NCBI GenBank assembly: GCA_030427445.1
Contig: JAUIBQ010000001.1
Coordinates: 25,782-89,781, forward strand
DNA: 64,000 nt
Origin: a bacterium
Lineage (GTDB): Bacteria > Patescibacteriota > Saccharimonadia > Saccharimonadales > SZUA-47
Direction: 5' to 3'
Both the position numbers and the translations under genes were made by a program. The first letter of the stretch is position 1; each line of letters opens with the position of its first letter. Positions 62,813 to 64,000 of the stretch are shown here, piece by piece. A model generated the notes under the pieces. That model worked only from the letters and a program-made list of their open reading frames with translations. It searched no databases and was not told the DNA's origin.

Positions 62813-62873
62813 TTTCGTTTAAAAGCTCGTGCAGTAAATATAGTTTAAATTAAAGTAAAATTATTTAACAATA

Positions 62874-62903
62874 TTGACACTGATACAATTTATCTGTTAT
62901 AAT
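62874..62903 (+). promoter_or_regulatory. consensus promoter for the 62915 ORF
   Basis: TTGACA, 18-nt spacer, TATAAT. The ATG lies 12 nt downstream. Confidence 0.6.
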
Positions 62904-62914
62904 AGCTTTTCGAT

Positions 62915-64000
62915 ATGAAATCCTATACTTACGACTTTGACACAGGAACCGTACCTGGACTAGAAGACAGAAAACATGAAGTAGATCTTCTAAATCTGGG
63001 CGATATAGATAACATGATTATCGAGAGTCTCGGTGCAGCAGCAGCTTATACCGATCGCAGTGATACTATTAGTGAGTGTTTAGAAGCGTCAGAAAGACTT
63101 TCTGGCTTACTATATGTTGTAGAAGAATTTGTAGACGAAGTAGACGATGGAATGGTAGAGCGAGTGGAGCCAGTCGCATCCTCGAGGGTTACAACTCATC
63201 GTAATATGCTAGGAACTCATAGCAAGATACTTTCCGGTTTAAATGGGGATAGAGACTGGTATTATATGGGGGATCAAGAGAATGTAAGGGAGCTTGCGGA
63301 ATCAACGATTACGCATGTTGATCCTACTAGCATAGTTTCGAGATCATGGGTTGATTTATTAGTGGGCTCAGAAGAACTCGATACACTTTTATCGACAACC
63401 TACTTCATGCACCATCTAGAAAAGATGAAGTGTAGTGCTAGAAGAATAAGTACATTGGTACCGGGTAAGTTTACTGATGTTCTCCAGTCTATCCATGACG
63501 AAGCACCTGTATTTAAAATGACAGCTACGGGCACTAGACCATTAGATCACGATGAAGTGTTAGGTTTACTGCATTTTAACGAAAGAGAGAGTTGGAAGGA
63601 CAGCGCAACTCAAGATAAAATTGCCGTGCATTCACGAAACCTTCTAAACTTAATTATCGAATTATCAGAAAATCCGGACAAAATATACACTGAAGGGCTG
63701 CATCACAGTAATCAACAACGAACAGAGCTGCTCGTGCATGGCTTCGTAGATGACACTATTGCTGAAAGACATAGCGAATACTTTACACCACTCTCAGGTG
63801 CAAAAAAAAGAAAGAAGCGACTTTCACAATATGCAAAACGTCAAAAAGAAATTGATGGATTGCTGCCATCTACAAAGCCAGAGAGAGTAGAAAAGATAAC
63901 CGTAGAAGAGCCAGAGCGACCCGATAGCGGTTCAGCAGAAAATGAAAATATTAGGGAAATCGAGTTAGTGTTTCCTTGGATTGGTGAAGATCCAAAGCCC
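62915..64000 (+). CDS. hypothetical protein, 3'-truncated by the window end (>=362 aa)
   Basis: Hand translation from ATG 62915 (MKSYTYDFDTGTVPGLEDRK...) runs to the last base without a stop. Absent from the ORF track, probably because it is open-ended. Confidence 0.6.
   Translation, partial: MKSYTYDFDTGTVPGLEDRKHEVDLLNLGDIDNMIIESLGAAAAYTDRSDTISECLEASERLSGLLYVVEEFVDEVDDGMVERVEPVASSRVTTHRNMLGTHSKILSGLNGDRDWYYMGDQENVRELAESTITHVDPTSIVSRSWVDLLVGSEELDTLLSTTYFMHHLEKMKCSARRISTLVPGKFTDVLQSIHDEAPVFKMTATGTRPLDHDEVLGLLHFNERESWKDSATQDKIAVHSRNLLNLIIELSENPDKIYTEGLHHSNQQRTELLVHGFVDDTIAERHSEYFTPLSGAKKRKKRLSQYAKRQKEIDGLLPSTKPERVEKITVEEPERPDSGSAENENIREIELVFPWIGEDPKP

Overview
This 64 kb window is gene-dense and moderately AT-rich. 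Its gene content suggests a reduced Patescibacteria/CPR (Saccharibacteria-like) genome; that placement is inference. Supporting genes: secE-nusG-rplK-rplA...rplJ-rplL, dnaX, dnaB, ybaB-recR, cysS, tdk, dcd, a tmk-thyX fusion, VanY-type peptidases, GT4 glycosyltransferases, many orphan ORFs and almost no biosynthesis. The left ~39 kb is backbone with several oddities. Four orphan ORFs sit between rplK and rplA. rplA is broken by a 1-nt frame problem in an A-run, which creates a false 566-aa ORF. A complete dCTP-to-dTDP gene set lies between rplA and rplJ. A terminator/antiterminator leader precedes two overlapping small ORFs. Both tRNA genes (Trp-CCA, Gln-CTG) are followed by copies of their own 3' ends embedded in small structured tRNA-derived units. 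From ~39.4 kb on, a ~48-bp repeat (Rep-A) punctuates gene ends, and one copy is embedded in frame in the tmk-thyX linker. The most unusual region is 53.1-62.8 kb. It is a repeat-laced island with long non-coding gaps. It carries a MazG-like gene, RadC, a Sau3AI-family endonuclease plus C5-methyltransferase, a NERD nuclease, two unknown proteins and a GC-richer permease. Three of its transcription units share one upstream module, cassette boundaries carry a GCAAAT-N5-ATTTGC palindrome, and long inverted repeats flank segments. No recombinase is visible. No rRNA or CRISPR was found.
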